Assembly (NCBI GenBank): GCA_964429525.1
Contig: CAYSCK010000001.1
Location: forward strand, 1 to 41,143
DNA: 41,143 bases
Source: an uncultured Planctomycetia bacterium
Lineage (GTDB): Bacteria; Omnitrophota; Gorgyraeia; Velamenicoccales; Velamenicoccaceae
Reading direction: 5' to 3'
Part shown: piece after piece, positions 26,657 through 35,694 of the stretch
How positions within the stretch are numbered: the stretch's first letter is position 1
Layout of the letters: every line of letters starts with the position of its first letter
Made by a program: the position numbers and the translations under genes
Notes under the pieces: generated by a model
What the model was told of the DNA's origin: nothing
Databases searched by the model: none
Seen by the model: the letters and a program-made list of their open reading frames with translations, nothing else

Positions 26657-27645
26657 ATTTTTTTACCTGCTGTATGGCTTGCGCGTCTTACCGAAGATGT
26701 CTTTCGGATATTATCATTTGCCTGCGACACCAGAAATAATGCCGCCATCCTGACGGCAATACCGTTAGTCACCTGGTCAAGAATAACAGAATTGGTCCCG
26801 TCAGCCACCTCGCTCGACATCTCTATGCCGCGGTTTATGGGGCCGGGATGCATGATAATAATATTTTTCTTGGCTTTCTTAAGCCTCTCTGACGTAATAC
26901 CAAAATTTTTGAAATACTCCAATTGCTTCGGAAACGCGTTTTCCGTATCGCGCTCAAATTGCATGCGCAAAACATTCACAGCATCCGCGTTTTCAAGCGC
27001 CTGGTCGATATCGCACGTAACTGCCACGCCGAGCTCTTCAATGCCCGGCGGGATAAGCATGGCTGGCGCGCATACAGTAAGGCGCGCCCCAAGCTTGGTC
27101 AGGCCCCATATATTTGAACGCGCGACGCGGGAATGAGCTATGTCTCCTACTATCGCGACATTAAGCCCTTCAAGCCTGCCCAGCTTCTCTTTCAAGGTGA
27201 ACATATCAAGCAAAGCCTGCGTCGGATGCTCATGCCAGCCATCCCCGGCATTGATGATGCTTGCCTTAAGGTTCTTAGACAACATGACAGCGGCCCCTGA
27301 ACAATTATGCCGCATGATTATAATATCAACATTCAGGGCCTCAATATTTTTCCCTGTGTCTATCAGCGTTTCGCCTTTGCGCACGCTGGATGAATCTGTC
27401 GCGATATTTATAACATCGGCCGACAATCTCTTTGCCGCTATTTCAAAAGAAACACGGGTACGGGTTGAAGGTTCGTAAAAAAGATTAACGACGGTCCTTC
27501 CGCGCAGGGTAGGCACCTTCTTTATCTCGCGGCTTATCACTTCTTTAAATGATTCCGTAGTTGCCAGGAGAAGCTCAATCTCATCACGCGATAATTCAGC
27601 CAAACCCAGAAGGTCTTTTCTTGTCCAATTAAGATTTTTAGTCAT
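26653..27645 (-). CDS. pyrB: Aspartate carbamoyltransferase catalytic subunit
   Basis: 330 aa with STRTR, HPTQ and HPGP motifs, plus a tail of about 20 aa overlapping the pyrC start. Confidence 0.9.
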   Translation of the reverse strand: MTKNLNWTRKDLLGLAELSRDEIELLLATTESFKEVISREIKKVPTLRGRTVVNLFYEPSTRTRVSFEIAAKRLSADVINIATDSSSVRKGETLIDTGKNIEALNVDIIIMRHNCSGAAVMLSKNLKASIINAGDGWHEHPTQALLDMFTLKEKLGRLEGLNVAIVGDIAHSRVARSNIWGLTKLGARLTVCAPAMLIPPGIEELGVAVTCDIDQALENADAVNVLRMQFERDTENAFPKQLEYFKNFGITSERLKKAKKNIIIMHPGPINRGIEMSSEVADGTNSVILDQVTNGIAVRMAALFLVSQANDNIRKTSSVRRASHTAGKKI

Positions 27646-28180
27646 TGCTCTCCAGGACTATAACCTCATCTTTGCCTTCCGACTCCTCAAGGCGGACTTC
27701 TATGGTCTCTTTGGGCGAAGTAGGGATATTTTTTCCGACGTAATCGGCGCGTATGGGCAGCTCGCGGTGGCCGCGGTCTATCAAAACGGCAAGCTGGATA
27801 AATTGCGGCCTCCCGAAATCAACTATCTCATCAAGCGCGGCTCGGATGGTGCGCCCCGTGTAGAGCACGTCATCAACAAGAATGACCTTCTTATCCTGAA
27901 TATCAAAATCTATCTCCGTCTTATGGACCACCGGCTGCTGCGCTATGGAACTTAGATCGTCACGGTAAAGTGTTATATCCAGTATCCCGACAGGAGGCCT
28001 GCGGCCGTCAAACTTCTCTATCATATTTGCGAGCCTCTCTGCCAAAAACGCGCCGTGCGTACGCACTCCGATTATCACAAGATCTTCAGTACCTTTATTT
28101 TTTTCAAGCACCTCATGCGCTATACGCGCCAGCGTGCGCTGAAGACCGCTCTCATCCATTATCCGGGCTTTCTCTCTCAT
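27638..28180 (-). CDS. pyrR: PyrR, pyrimidine operon attenuation protein / uracil phosphoribosyltransferase
   Basis: It has the PRPP motif [14 protein letters not shown] prefer the ATG at 28180 (AAGAGGGG upstream) over the track start at 28207. Confidence 0.85.
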   Translation of the reverse strand: MREKARIMDESGLQRTLARIAHEVLEKNKGTEDLVIIGVRTHGAFLAERLANMIEKFDGRRPPVGILDITLYRDDLSSIAQQPVVHKTEIDFDIQDKKVILVDDVLYTGRTIRAALDEIVDFGRPQFIQLAVLIDRGHRELPIRADYVGKNIPTSPKETIEVRLEESEGKDEVIVLESND

Positions 28181-28236
28181 GGACACGTTCCCCTCTTTTT
28201 CATACAAAATGATTTATAATCTGTGTAATCGTTTTT

Positions 28237-28270
28237 ATAAAAAAAGACCCCGGCGTTAAAACGCCGAGGC
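28237..28270 (-). terminator. Intrinsic terminator/attenuator in the pyrR leader
   Basis: The minus strand reads CCTCGGCGttttaaCGCCGGGG followed by TCTTTTTTTAT. Confidence 0.75.
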
Positions 28271-28311
28271 AAATAGATTTTTTATTAAAATTCGGTTTCA
28301 TATCTCACTTA

Positions 28312-28343
28312 CCTTGCCAGTTTCTCAAGAACCAGCTTAAAGG
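28312..28343 (-). promoter_or_regulatory. Candidate PyrR-binding hairpin
   Basis: The minus strand reads CCUUUAAGCUGGUUCUUGAGAAACUGGCAAGG. The flanks resemble the PyrR-site flanks (UUUAA ... GGCAAGG), but the loop is UUGAGA rather than the canonical CCAGAGAGG. Confidence 0.45.
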
Positions 28344-28377
28344 ATTTCAGAAAATATAACACCTAAACACTGCTTTG

Positions 28378-29982
28378 TCAAGAGGCAGAAGGCACAAAGA
28401 CCCAAAAAACCCCGCCTAAAGGTGAAGAGACAGCCTTTTTATACCCAAAACGTGCGAGATCAAGCTCAAACCTCAAAGGCATGGTATTTTCAAAGATCAC
28501 GGCCTTTGGCTTATAAATTAATAGAAAATTCCTTAAATTTTCAAAATTTAAAGCTTTATGCTGGGGCAATATTACTGTAGGCCTTTCAAGATAGACCCTG
28601 CCTAAAAGAAATAGCGAGACAGCAACCGTATCAGCCGGCGCAATGTTAACCCTCACCCACTGGTACACCGTATCAAGGCTTGCTACCCACTCACGCGCCT
28701 CGTCTTTCTTCCAATAGACTTCCAGGACGCGCCAAGACTGATAAAAATTTGAAACAAAGATAATAAAGAGAACCATATGAAAAAACAACCTGCGCGTTTT
28801 AGGCAAAAACCTTTGAGCAGTATCGCGCAGGCCGGCAGCGCCCAAAGCAAGAAGGCATACAACAGGCAATAAAAGAAAACGCGTCCACTGAAATTCAGCC
28901 ACAATATTATAACGATAAAACAACAGGGTGGATACCGCGGCAACGAAACTCAACCAGAACAAAAGCAATTCATCTTTTTTCCTGGTTTTAAATATATTAA
29001 AGAACCTTGCAATGGCAAAAAATAACAGGACACGAACAATACAAAAAAGCACGAGGAACATATCGCGCATATTCAGAAAATACACAGTATCAAGGCTATT
29101 TTTCATTACAGCCCTGATCACCGGCTGCTGGGCGAAAAAACCTCCGCCTGTGATAAAAGTAGCTGTGTAATAATTATGAAACGCTTTTGGATACTCCGGG
29201 AACATGGCGCCATAACGCAGATATATCAGAGCGGCATATGATACGGCGATAACCAAAGGCCACAGTATCAACGAAAACTCGGCGAGCTTGAAAGCCGGCC
29301 GCTTTCTCGCGAAAAACACGGCAAGAAAAAAAGCTAATGGGTAGACAATGGATGAAGCGCGTATCAAAAACCCTATCCCTAAAAGGACCCCTATCACAAA
29401 AAGATCTCTACGATTTAATTCCTCCTTTGAGACAAAAAGGCATATCGATACAAGCGTGACAAAAAGGCTCAGCTGTTCTGTCAGAAGCCTCAGAAGAGTT
29501 ATCTCCATAGAGACAGAAGCCGCGAGAATACAACCGACCCAGGCAGCAAGCGCGCGGTCACTAAAGATCTTTTTAACGATAAGATAAATAAGCCAGGTGT
29601 TTATAAAAGCAAAAATAAAATTAAAATAAATAAGCTTCTGGATTGACGGCAGGAAAAAATAAAGTAAACTCAAAAATATTGAGAAACCAACATGCACAAA
29701 AGGCATGGCCGGATAAAAAACGCTCTCCCAGTATTGGTACGGATTAAACGACAATACAAGGCCGCGGCCCTGGGCAAAATTGCGGGCTATATCAAAATAT
29801 ATGAAGGTATCCGAAGAGTTATTATAAGCGGTATAATGAAGGCGCAGGGCCGTTACAAGATACGGCAACAGAGGCAGGACAAAAAACAGGCTTAACAACA
29901 AAATTATACGAGGCGAAGCCTCGCCGATCTGGGCCGAGGCTTCGCCTCGTTCAATAAGGGTAGGCTTAGAATATGATGACAA
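28378..29982 (-). CDS. Polytopic GT-C-type (ArnT/PMT-like) membrane glycosyltransferase candidate; start uncertain
   Basis: 534 aa with about 12 TM helices and FIYFDIARNFAQGRGL near the N-terminus. Confidence 0.45.
   Translation of the reverse strand: MSSYSKPTLIERGEASAQIGEASPRIILLLSLFFVLPLLPYLVTALRLHYTAYNNSSDTFIYFDIARNFAQGRGLVLSFNPYQYWESVFYPAMPFVHVGFSIFLSLLYFFLPSIQKLIYFNFIFAFINTWLIYLIVKKIFSDRALAAWVGCILAASVSMEITLLRLLTEQLSLFVTLVSICLFVSKEELNRRDLFVIGVLLGIGFLIRASSIVYPLAFFLAVFFARKRPAFKLAEFSLILWPLVIAVSYAALIYLRYGAMFPEYPKAFHNYYTATFITGGGFFAQQPVIRAVMKNSLDTVYFLNMRDMFLVLFCIVRVLLFFAIARFFNIFKTRKKDELLLFWLSFVAAVSTLLFYRYNIVAEFQWTRFLLLPVVCLLALGAAGLRDTAQRFLPKTRRLFFHMVLFIIFVSNFYQSWRVLEVYWKKDEAREWVASLDTVYQWVRVNIAPADTVAVSLFLLGRVYLERPTVILPQHKALNFENLRNFLLIYKPKAVIFENTMPLRFELDLARFGYKKAVSSPLGGVFWVFVPSAS
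29908..29950 (-). terminator. Inverted repeat with a 16-bp stem just downstream of rsmI, inside the predicted N-terminus of the GT-C ORF
   Basis: The arms are acgaggcgaagcctcg and cgaggcttcgcctcgt. On the minus strand the repeat is followed by TATAATTTTGTTGTT. Confidence 0.5.
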
Positions 29983-30619
29983 ACTCTCCTCGCGGCTTTG
30001 CAGAAGTATATTTCTCTATTAGTTCATCTATGGATCCCTGAATTATTTCCTCAAATTTTTTTGTAACCTCCCGCGCAATAGCCACTTTCGAGTCTCCTAA
30101 AGATTCGCGCATATCGACCAGAGTCTTGAGCAACCTGTGAGGGGATTCGTAGACAACTATGGTTGTTTCAAGGCTTTTAAGCCATTTGAGCCTTTTTTTG
30201 CGGGCGCCGGATTTAACAGGCAAGAACCCTTCAAAAAAGAAGTTATGTGTCGGAAAACCGCTCAGCGAAAGGGCGCTGATCAGGGCGGTAGGGCCGGGTA
30301 TTGATACAACTTTAATGCCCGCATCCAAAACTGACCTGATAAGGCTATATCCGGGGTCGCTTATCCCTGGCGTGCCCGCGTCTGAAACCAGGGCAACACT
30401 CCTGCCTTCCTTTAAAAGCCTTAAAAGATAATCACCTTTAGAAACCTTGTTATACTCGTAGTAACTGGTGAGATGCGTGGATATTCCATACGCCGCGGTC
30501 AGAATTCTTGTCTTCCTGGTGTCTTCGCAGGCGATAAGATCAACAGACTTTAGAACCTCAACAGCGCGATAAGTAATATCGCCGAGGTTCCCGATAGGAG
30601 TAGAGACGACATACAACAT
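29966..30619 (-). CDS. rsmI: 16S rRNA (cytidine1402-2'-O)-methyltransferase
   Basis: 217 aa, beginning MLYVVSTPIGNLGDITYRAVEVLKSVDLIACEDTR. Confidence 0.85.
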   Translation of the reverse strand: MLYVVSTPIGNLGDITYRAVEVLKSVDLIACEDTRKTRILTAAYGISTHLTSYYEYNKVSKGDYLLRLLKEGRSVALVSDAGTPGISDPGYSLIRSVLDAGIKVVSIPGPTALISALSLSGFPTHNFFFEGFLPVKSGARKKRLKWLKSLETTIVVYESPHRLLKTLVDMRESLGDSKVAIAREVTKKFEEIIQGSIDELIEKYTSAKPRGEFVIIF

Positions 30620-30686
30620 CGTTATAGAGTTATTGGATTAATAGGATTGACTATGTTAGAAAAAAGATATTTTGTAAAGCCGACAT

Positions 30687-31019
30687 TTAATGATTCTTGC
30701 GGGCTGCACAGCTAAAATGAAGGAAGTATTCCCTCCATTCCTTATCGCTGGACCTGAATTGATTTTGTCCCTGAAAATAATCCGCCATCGCTTCACGCAT
30801 ACGCAAAAGCTCTCTGAAATAAGAAGGCTTTGAAGCGCTTTCTACGGTCAGATCAACCAACTCAAGAGCGCGCTCAAAAGCCTGTTGACAATAAGACGCG
30901 TTATTTTTTTTCTTCCAGCTCAAGGCTCTTTCAACTTCGCTTCCGATATTTGCCATCTGATTCAAAAATGGCATAATTGCCCAGCGCCCTTCGGCTAAAT
31001 CTTTGTGCTGGTAATTCAT
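30687..31019 (-). CDS. Conserved hypothetical helical protein, partner of DUF5674
   Basis: 110 aa with the motif QMANIGSEVERAL...FERALELVDLTV...ELLRMRE. It has a 4-nt overlap with the upstream gene. Confidence 0.5.
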   Translation of the reverse strand: MNYQHKDLAEGRWAIMPFLNQMANIGSEVERALSWKKKNNASYCQQAFERALELVDLTVESASKPSYFRELLRMREAMADYFQGQNQFRSSDKEWREYFLHFSCAARKNH

Positions 31020-31357
31020 CTTTTTATCCTCACCTCAATAATCCCGATTATCTTATTACGCGTAGCTTCATTCTCCACGCCGCGGCTTCTATTTTCCTGG
31101 GATGGACGGATATTGATCAAAGAATCAAATTCAACAAATTCGTTTTTCTCCATATCCGGATAAAGATTGATCCCCCACAAGTTTTTTTGTTTTGACCCGT
31201 TTTCCAAAAGTAGCGCTTCCAGGTCGGAATGAAGTTCTGCGTCAACTGCCAGTAAACCGCTCTCAACATCAACAACGGCCTTGACCATATTTCCAAAAAT
31301 GTTCAAGGCCATATTGCTCAGTTCTTTCAGCGTTAAAGATTCTGCTATAATTTTCAT
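31016..31357 (-). CDS. DUF5674-like protein
   Basis: 113 aa with the motif KAVVDVESGLLAVDAELHSDLEALLLENGSKQKNLWGINLYP...INIRP. It has a 4-nt overlap with glmS. Confidence 0.5.
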   Translation of the reverse strand: MKIIAESLTLKELSNMALNIFGNMVKAVVDVESGLLAVDAELHSDLEALLLENGSKQKNLWGINLYPDMEKNEFVEFDSLINIRPSQENRSRGVENEATRNKIIGIIEVRIKR

Positions 31358-33156
31358 TCTACCGTAACCGATTTGGCGAGATTCCTAGGCTGATCCACAT
31401 TACAGCCACGGGCAACAGCTATGTAATAGGCTAACAGCTGCAGAGGCAGGACAGCCAAAAGGGGCGAGAAGAATTCATCGCATTTCGGGATATAGGCGAC
31501 TTCCTGAACATGATTTTTTATTGAGACATTCCCCTGGGACGCTATCGCGATCAGCTTGCCGGAACGCGCCTTTATCTCCTGGATATTTGAGATCATCTTA
31601 TCGTATATCGGCGAATCAACAGCGACGCACACAACCGCCCTGTATTCGTCTATGAGGGCGATAGGGCCATGCTTCATCTCTCCTGCGGCATAACCTTCAG
31701 CCGGTATATAGGATATCTCCTTGAGCTTAAGCGCCCCTTCAAGAGCTGTGGGAAAATTGACATTCCTGCCGAGGAAAAGAAAGCTTCCAAAATGATGATG
31801 CTTTTTGGCTACGCGCATCATATTATTTTTTGTCTTTAATATATCTTCCTGGAGCGCGGGAATGCGGTTCAGCACAGAATACGCCTTCTTATAAAAAGCC
31901 GCGCTTAAACACCGCCTGCTCTTTCCCAATTCAAGGCCCAGCATATAAAAAACAGCCAGCTGCGCGGTATACGCCTTGGTTGAGGCAACGCCTATTTCAG
32001 GGCCTGCCATAGTATAAAACACCTTATCAGATTCACGCGTAAGGCTTGAACCTACGACATTGCATATTGAAATTATACGCGCGCCTTTTTTCTTCGCTTC
32101 ACGGGCAGCCGCTAAAGTATCTGCGGTCTCGCCCGACTGGCTGACCGCGATAACAAGCGAATCTTTAGAAATTATAGGATTGCGATACCTGAACTCCGAC
32201 GAAAAATCAACCCAAACAGGCAGACGGACTAAAGATTCTATGACATATTTGCCGACAAGGCCCGCGTGATAAGCGGTGCCGCAGGCTACTATGACGACAT
32301 TCTTTATATTTTTTGGAAAAGAAAAATTCCTTATATCCTTGAGCCCGCCGGATAAAAGCCTTCTTAATACTCCGGGCTGTTCATGGATCTCCTTTAGCAT
32401 AAAATGCGGGAATCCGCCTTTCTGCGCGCTCTCGGCATCCATTGCCACCCGATCAAATTTAACCGCCAGCTTTTTATTATTAAGATCGTAAATCTCAATA
32501 CTGTCATTCGTCAATACCGCCACTTCCCTGTCTTTGAGGTAAACTACCCGTTTGGCGCGCTCCAGGATAGCCGGCACATCGGACGCGATAAACCTTCCTC
32601 CGGCGTCTTCCGCGACTATCAACGGGCTGTCTTTGCGGGCAGCCACTATCTTATCAGGCTCGTCGCTGCATATTACCGCGACAGCAAAACTGCCATCAAC
32701 CTGTTTTAAGGCCTTGATCAAGGCGCCCTTAAGGTCATCTTTATAATATTTCTCTATCAGATGGGCCAGCACTTCTGTATCAGTCTGTGAGACAAACCTG
32801 TGGCCTTCCTTGATAAGCGCGTTTTTAAGTTTCAGATAATTTTCTATTATGCCGTTATGCACTACGGAGATCTTTTTGTCACAGCTTAAGTGGGGATGTG
32901 AATTAACCTCATTAGGCGCGCCATGCGTTGCCCAACGCGTATGAGCAATACCCGTCACAGCATGAGGCAAGGGTTTTTTATTTATTATTGCGGCAAGGTC
33001 GTCGATCTTGCCCGGGGTCTTACGCACATGTATCTTCCCGCCTGATAATACCGCTACCCCTGCCGAATCATAACCGCGGTATTCAAGCCTTTTTAAGCCG
33101 GATATCAGAACCGGTAGCGCTTCTTCATTACCGATAAAACCTACTATTCCGCACAT
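31354..33156 (-). CDS. glmS: Glutamine--fructose-6-phosphate aminotransferase
   Basis: 600 aa with an MCGIVG N-terminal nucleophile, two SIS domains, and a C-terminal KSVTVE. Confidence 0.95.
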   Translation of the reverse strand: MCGIVGFIGNEEALPVLISGLKRLEYRGYDSAGVAVLSGGKIHVRKTPGKIDDLAAIINKKPLPHAVTGIAHTRWATHGAPNEVNSHPHLSCDKKISVVHNGIIENYLKLKNALIKEGHRFVSQTDTEVLAHLIEKYYKDDLKGALIKALKQVDGSFAVAVICSDEPDKIVAARKDSPLIVAEDAGGRFIASDVPAILERAKRVVYLKDREVAVLTNDSIEIYDLNNKKLAVKFDRVAMDAESAQKGGFPHFMLKEIHEQPGVLRRLLSGGLKDIRNFSFPKNIKNVVIVACGTAYHAGLVGKYVIESLVRLPVWVDFSSEFRYRNPIISKDSLVIAVSQSGETADTLAAAREAKKKGARIISICNVVGSSLTRESDKVFYTMAGPEIGVASTKAYTAQLAVFYMLGLELGKSRRCLSAAFYKKAYSVLNRIPALQEDILKTKNNMMRVAKKHHHFGSFLFLGRNVNFPTALEGALKLKEISYIPAEGYAAGEMKHGPIALIDEYRAVVCVAVDSPIYDKMISNIQEIKARSGKLIAIASQGNVSIKNHVQEVAYIPKCDEFFSPLLAVLPLQLLAYYIAVARGCNVDQPRNLAKSVTVE

Positions 33157-33199
33157 ACGTTTTGCCTCTATATTTTTTATCTTCCGATATGCAAATTTT

Positions 33200-33727
33200 T
33201 TAAAGCAGGCATCCTTTTTGCGAATTTATACACTTGATGCGCAATAATTCAGCAAATTTTTTTAGATGGTTTCTTTCTTCTTCAAGAATTTTCCTAAAAG
33301 CTCTCTTTGCATCATCCTCTTTTGCATGCGAGAGGCATCCCTCATAAAAAATAATTGAACGCCTCTCCATATCCAAAGCTTCTTCAAGGGCGGTATGACG
33401 ATGATCCATCTTCAAAGCATCTCCCTTCTCCTGCGATACGTCAAAGACCCTGGATCTCATATAATCAACTATATCGTCTTCTTCAAAATCATCTCCGGAA
33501 ACCTCTTTTATGCCGCCCAAAAGCCCTGTAAAAGTCGTCAGATGCTTTTTTTCTTCTTCTATCAGAAAATCTATCTCGTGGCGCGCGTCCTCATCCTTTA
33601 CACCTGCCAAAATCTCATTATAAAAATCAATGCCGTCGTTCTCCATGTGTATGGCTATTTTATACGCCTGAACAGGGCTAAAATCAGTTATGAAGATATT
33701 CCCCTTTTTATCTATGTTTACCCTCAT
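33200..33727 (-). CDS. Rubrerythrin/ferritin-like di-iron four-helix protein
   Basis: 175 aa with paired E...EE..H motifs (MENDGIDFY / EEEKKHL and MERRSIIFY / EEERNHL). Confidence 0.65.
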   Translation of the reverse strand: MRVNIDKKGNIFITDFSPVQAYKIAIHMENDGIDFYNEILAGVKDEDARHEIDFLIEEEKKHLTTFTGLLGGIKEVSGDDFEEDDIVDYMRSRVFDVSQEKGDALKMDHRHTALEEALDMERRSIIFYEGCLSHAKEDDAKRAFRKILEEERNHLKKFAELLRIKCINSQKGCLL

Positions 33728-33732
33728 ACTTG

Positions 33733-33786
33733 CTCCTTACTTTTGCCTATTTTAGGTTTCTATTCTTCTCAAAAGTAACTCCGAAG
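33733..33786 (-). promoter_or_regulatory. Promoter/leader element, copy next to the rubrerythrin-like gene
   Basis: The minus strand reads CTTCGGAGTTACTTTTGagaagaatagaaaccTAAAATaggCAAAAGTAAGGAGcaagtATG. Possible -35 is TTACTT and possible -10 is TAAAAT. The 9-bp inverted repeat is TTACTTTTG/CAAAAGTAA. Confidence 0.45.
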
Positions 33787-33894
33787 CTTATTTGAAAATT
33801 ATCGTAAGAGAATTTTCACATGTTTAAGCAAGGAGTCAACGCTTACGTAAGGGACAGATCCCATTTCCTCTCAAAAGCAACCCCGGAACCTATT

Positions 33895-33937
33895 GCTTAA
33901 TGCAACAAACAGACCAGGTCTGTTTGTTGCATTAAGC
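33895..33937. repeat. Perfect 21-bp-arm palindrome
   Basis: The sequence is gcttaatgcaacaaacagacc a ggtctgtttgttgcattaagc. There is no adjacent U-tract. Confidence 0.85.
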
Positions 33938-33975
33938 TCAAAACGAACTACGCCTATTCAAAAGCCAATACAACC

Positions 33976-34068
33976 TTAGTAATAATAATGACCTGTGAAT
34001 AGGCCAAGACTACAGCCCTCTTTACAATGAGCTATGGCCCTTAAAAAGTACCTGGGTCTATGCGTCAT
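33976..34068 (-). CDS. Candidate 30-aa small protein
   Basis: AAGGAGG lies 5 nt upstream of the ATG. The product is MTHRPRYFLRAIAHCKEGCSLGLFTGHYYY. The gene is preceded by the same leader element as the rubrerythrin-like gene. Confidence 0.35.
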   Translation of the reverse strand: MTHRPRYFLRAIAHCKEGCSLGLFTGHYYY

Positions 34069-34074
34069 GTGTAC

Positions 34075-34127
34075 CTCCTTGCTTTTGCTATTACAGGTTT
34101 CTATTCTCTACAAAAGCAACCCCGAAG
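34075..34127 (-). promoter_or_regulatory. Promoter/leader element, copy next to the small ORF
   Basis: The minus strand reads CTTCGGGGTTGCTTTTGtagagaatagaaaccTGTAATagCAAAAGCAAGGAGGtacacATG. It is about 85 percent identical to the 33733-33786 copy. Confidence 0.45.
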
Positions 34128-34210
34128 ATTGCCGAGGAAAATATCCAAAAGGAAATTTTACCGGCGCTTAATCAAGGGGTCATCTTGCAATATAGCCTAC
34201 TCTTTAAATT

Positions 34211-34251
34211 TTGTTGCAACGTTTCTGTCCAGACCTGAAATGTTGCAACAA
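34211..34251. repeat. Inverted repeat ttgttgcaac / gttgcaacaa with a 21-nt loop, just after the stop of the 34268-34723 gene
   Basis: Read directly from the sequence. It shares the words ttgttgca and cagacc with the 33895-33937 palindrome. Confidence 0.7.
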
Positions 34252-34267
34252 ATTACTACCCCTTCTC

Positions 34268-34723
34268 TTACTTCTTTGATGTTGCCATCATGTAATTGAC
34301 AACGCGGGTAGAGACGCCCTCTTTTTGCAGGACGTTTATCTCCTCAACTGAAAGGTTATAAATTGAACCGGTTTCAGCTATCTTGGCGATAATAGCGTCG
34401 TCTGTCATGCCTGATTTAGCCAAAATAATAACGTCGGAGATACCGAGCTTTTCCTTGCTGGATACGATCTCTTCTTTTGTGCGTTTCTTATCAATAGAGC
34501 TGCCAATCATGCCTCCGCCTAACGCGCCGACAGTGCCTCCGATAAGAGCGCCTTCAACACCATGAGCGCCCTGATGGCCTATTACTCCACCTGCGATAGA
34601 GCCTACCAAAGCTCCACCCAAGGCTCCGGTCTTGGTGTTTTCTCCCATAGTCTCGCAACCTGCAGCAAACACCGCCATGGTAAACATCAGACAACTTGCA
34701 TACACAACTGATCTTCTAAACAT
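34268..34723 (-). CDS. Lipoprotein with a glycine-zipper segment
   Basis: It has the lipobox FAAGC followed by GALGGALVGSIAGGVIG...GGTVGALGGGMIG. Confidence 0.6.
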   Translation of the reverse strand: MFRRSVVYASCLMFTMAVFAAGCETMGENTKTGALGGALVGSIAGGVIGHQGAHGVEGALIGGTVGALGGGMIGSSIDKKRTKEEIVSSKEKLGISDVIILAKSGMTDDAIIAKIAETGSIYNLSVEEINVLQKEGVSTRVVNYMMATSKK

Positions 34724-34848
34724 TCTATCTCCTCCATTTAAGCATACATTACGATGTTATAAATATAACACAATACCGCTTATCATACAAAAAAATAATT
34801 GACACAAAACGAGCCAGGCACAAAGTGTGTCATTTTTGAAAATGTAGT

Positions 34849-35658
34849 TTAAGAATTGTTCTTGAGGCGGTCTTCGATATCGGATATTGCGGACTTCTTT
34901 TCTTCCCTTGCCTGCCTGCGCTCGCCTTCGTCCTGCCGGCCTTGCGCGCCGCTTGGCTTATCAGGGACATAATCATCAGTTATCTCGGCAAGAGACTTGA
35001 TCTGCCTTTGCCAGACGATAAAAAATATGAGGCCCAGTATACCCAGGAAGACAAGTATGCCTATGATAAGCTTCCATGTCAGCATAGGGGCGATACTCTT
35101 TGCTTCAACCACCAGAGACTTTGCCGCGGCAAGATCAGACTTCACGGATTCAATAAGCTTCAGGTTCTCCCTGTAATCAGAGATATACCCGCCGGGATTT
35201 GGGTTCTGTATGGTCTGGGTGCGCTCAACCTGGTTCAGCTTGCTTTCAATGCTGTTCTTCAGATAGGCGGCACGGTCATAATAGTCCGTATTCGCAAGGA
35301 CCTTGGTAAGGTTTAGCGCCTCATTCCTTAAAGACGTGATCTCTTCCTGGGGGATCTTCCAGACATCCTCCATCTCAATCTCAATGGTTATAGCGTCTTT
35401 GGGCTCAAGCTCAAAATCTTTATAGACATAGTAGGCGCCTTCCTTGGGATCATAGGCTATCTCCAAGTCACCGGCATCTATAATATTCTCGGGTTTTATC
35501 TCTTTGGGAAGGAATGATTTGAACGGCACCCTCTTTTTCTGGGTCGGGGAAGGATTGACGACTACAGCGCGCACGACGATGTTTGCCATGGCATCGGACA
35601 CATACGCCATACACAGGAGCAATGCTAGCAGTGTAATCTTTAACTTGAGGTTTTTCAT
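34849..35658 (-). CDS. Type-I membrane protein, unknown function
   Basis: 269 aa with a signal peptide, a single TM near residue 200 (LIIGILVFLGILGLIFFIVW), and a charged tail. Confidence 0.55.
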   Translation of the reverse strand: MKNLKLKITLLALLLCMAYVSDAMANIVVRAVVVNPSPTQKKRVPFKSFLPKEIKPENIIDAGDLEIAYDPKEGAYYVYKDFELEPKDAITIEIEMEDVWKIPQEEITSLRNEALNLTKVLANTDYYDRAAYLKNSIESKLNQVERTQTIQNPNPGGYISDYRENLKLIESVKSDLAAAKSLVVEAKSIAPMLTWKLIIGILVFLGILGLIFFIVWQRQIKSLAEITDDYVPDKPSGAQGRQDEGERRQAREEKKSAISDIEDRLKNNS

Positions 35659-35666
35659 AAATAAGC

Positions 35667-35694
35667 AGGTTTTCGGTTATCGGTTTGCGGTTAG
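35667..35694. repeat. Heptamer array (aggtttt cggttat cggtttg cggttag), left flank of the four-helix-bundle gene
   Basis: The string cggttatcggtt (35674-35685) is the exact reverse complement of aaccgataaccg (36054-36065). Confidence 0.85.

Noticed and set aside
28683-28943. Same-strand nested ORFs (28683-28943, 8277-8528, 1971-2177, 39775-40189)
   Set aside because: They are out-of-frame overlaps inside longer ORFs that have recognisable products. They have no independent start signals.
33157-33199. glmS ribozyme upstream of glmS
   Set aside because: Only 43 nt separate glmS from the upstream stop codon. This is far too short for the ribozyme, which is about 170 nt.
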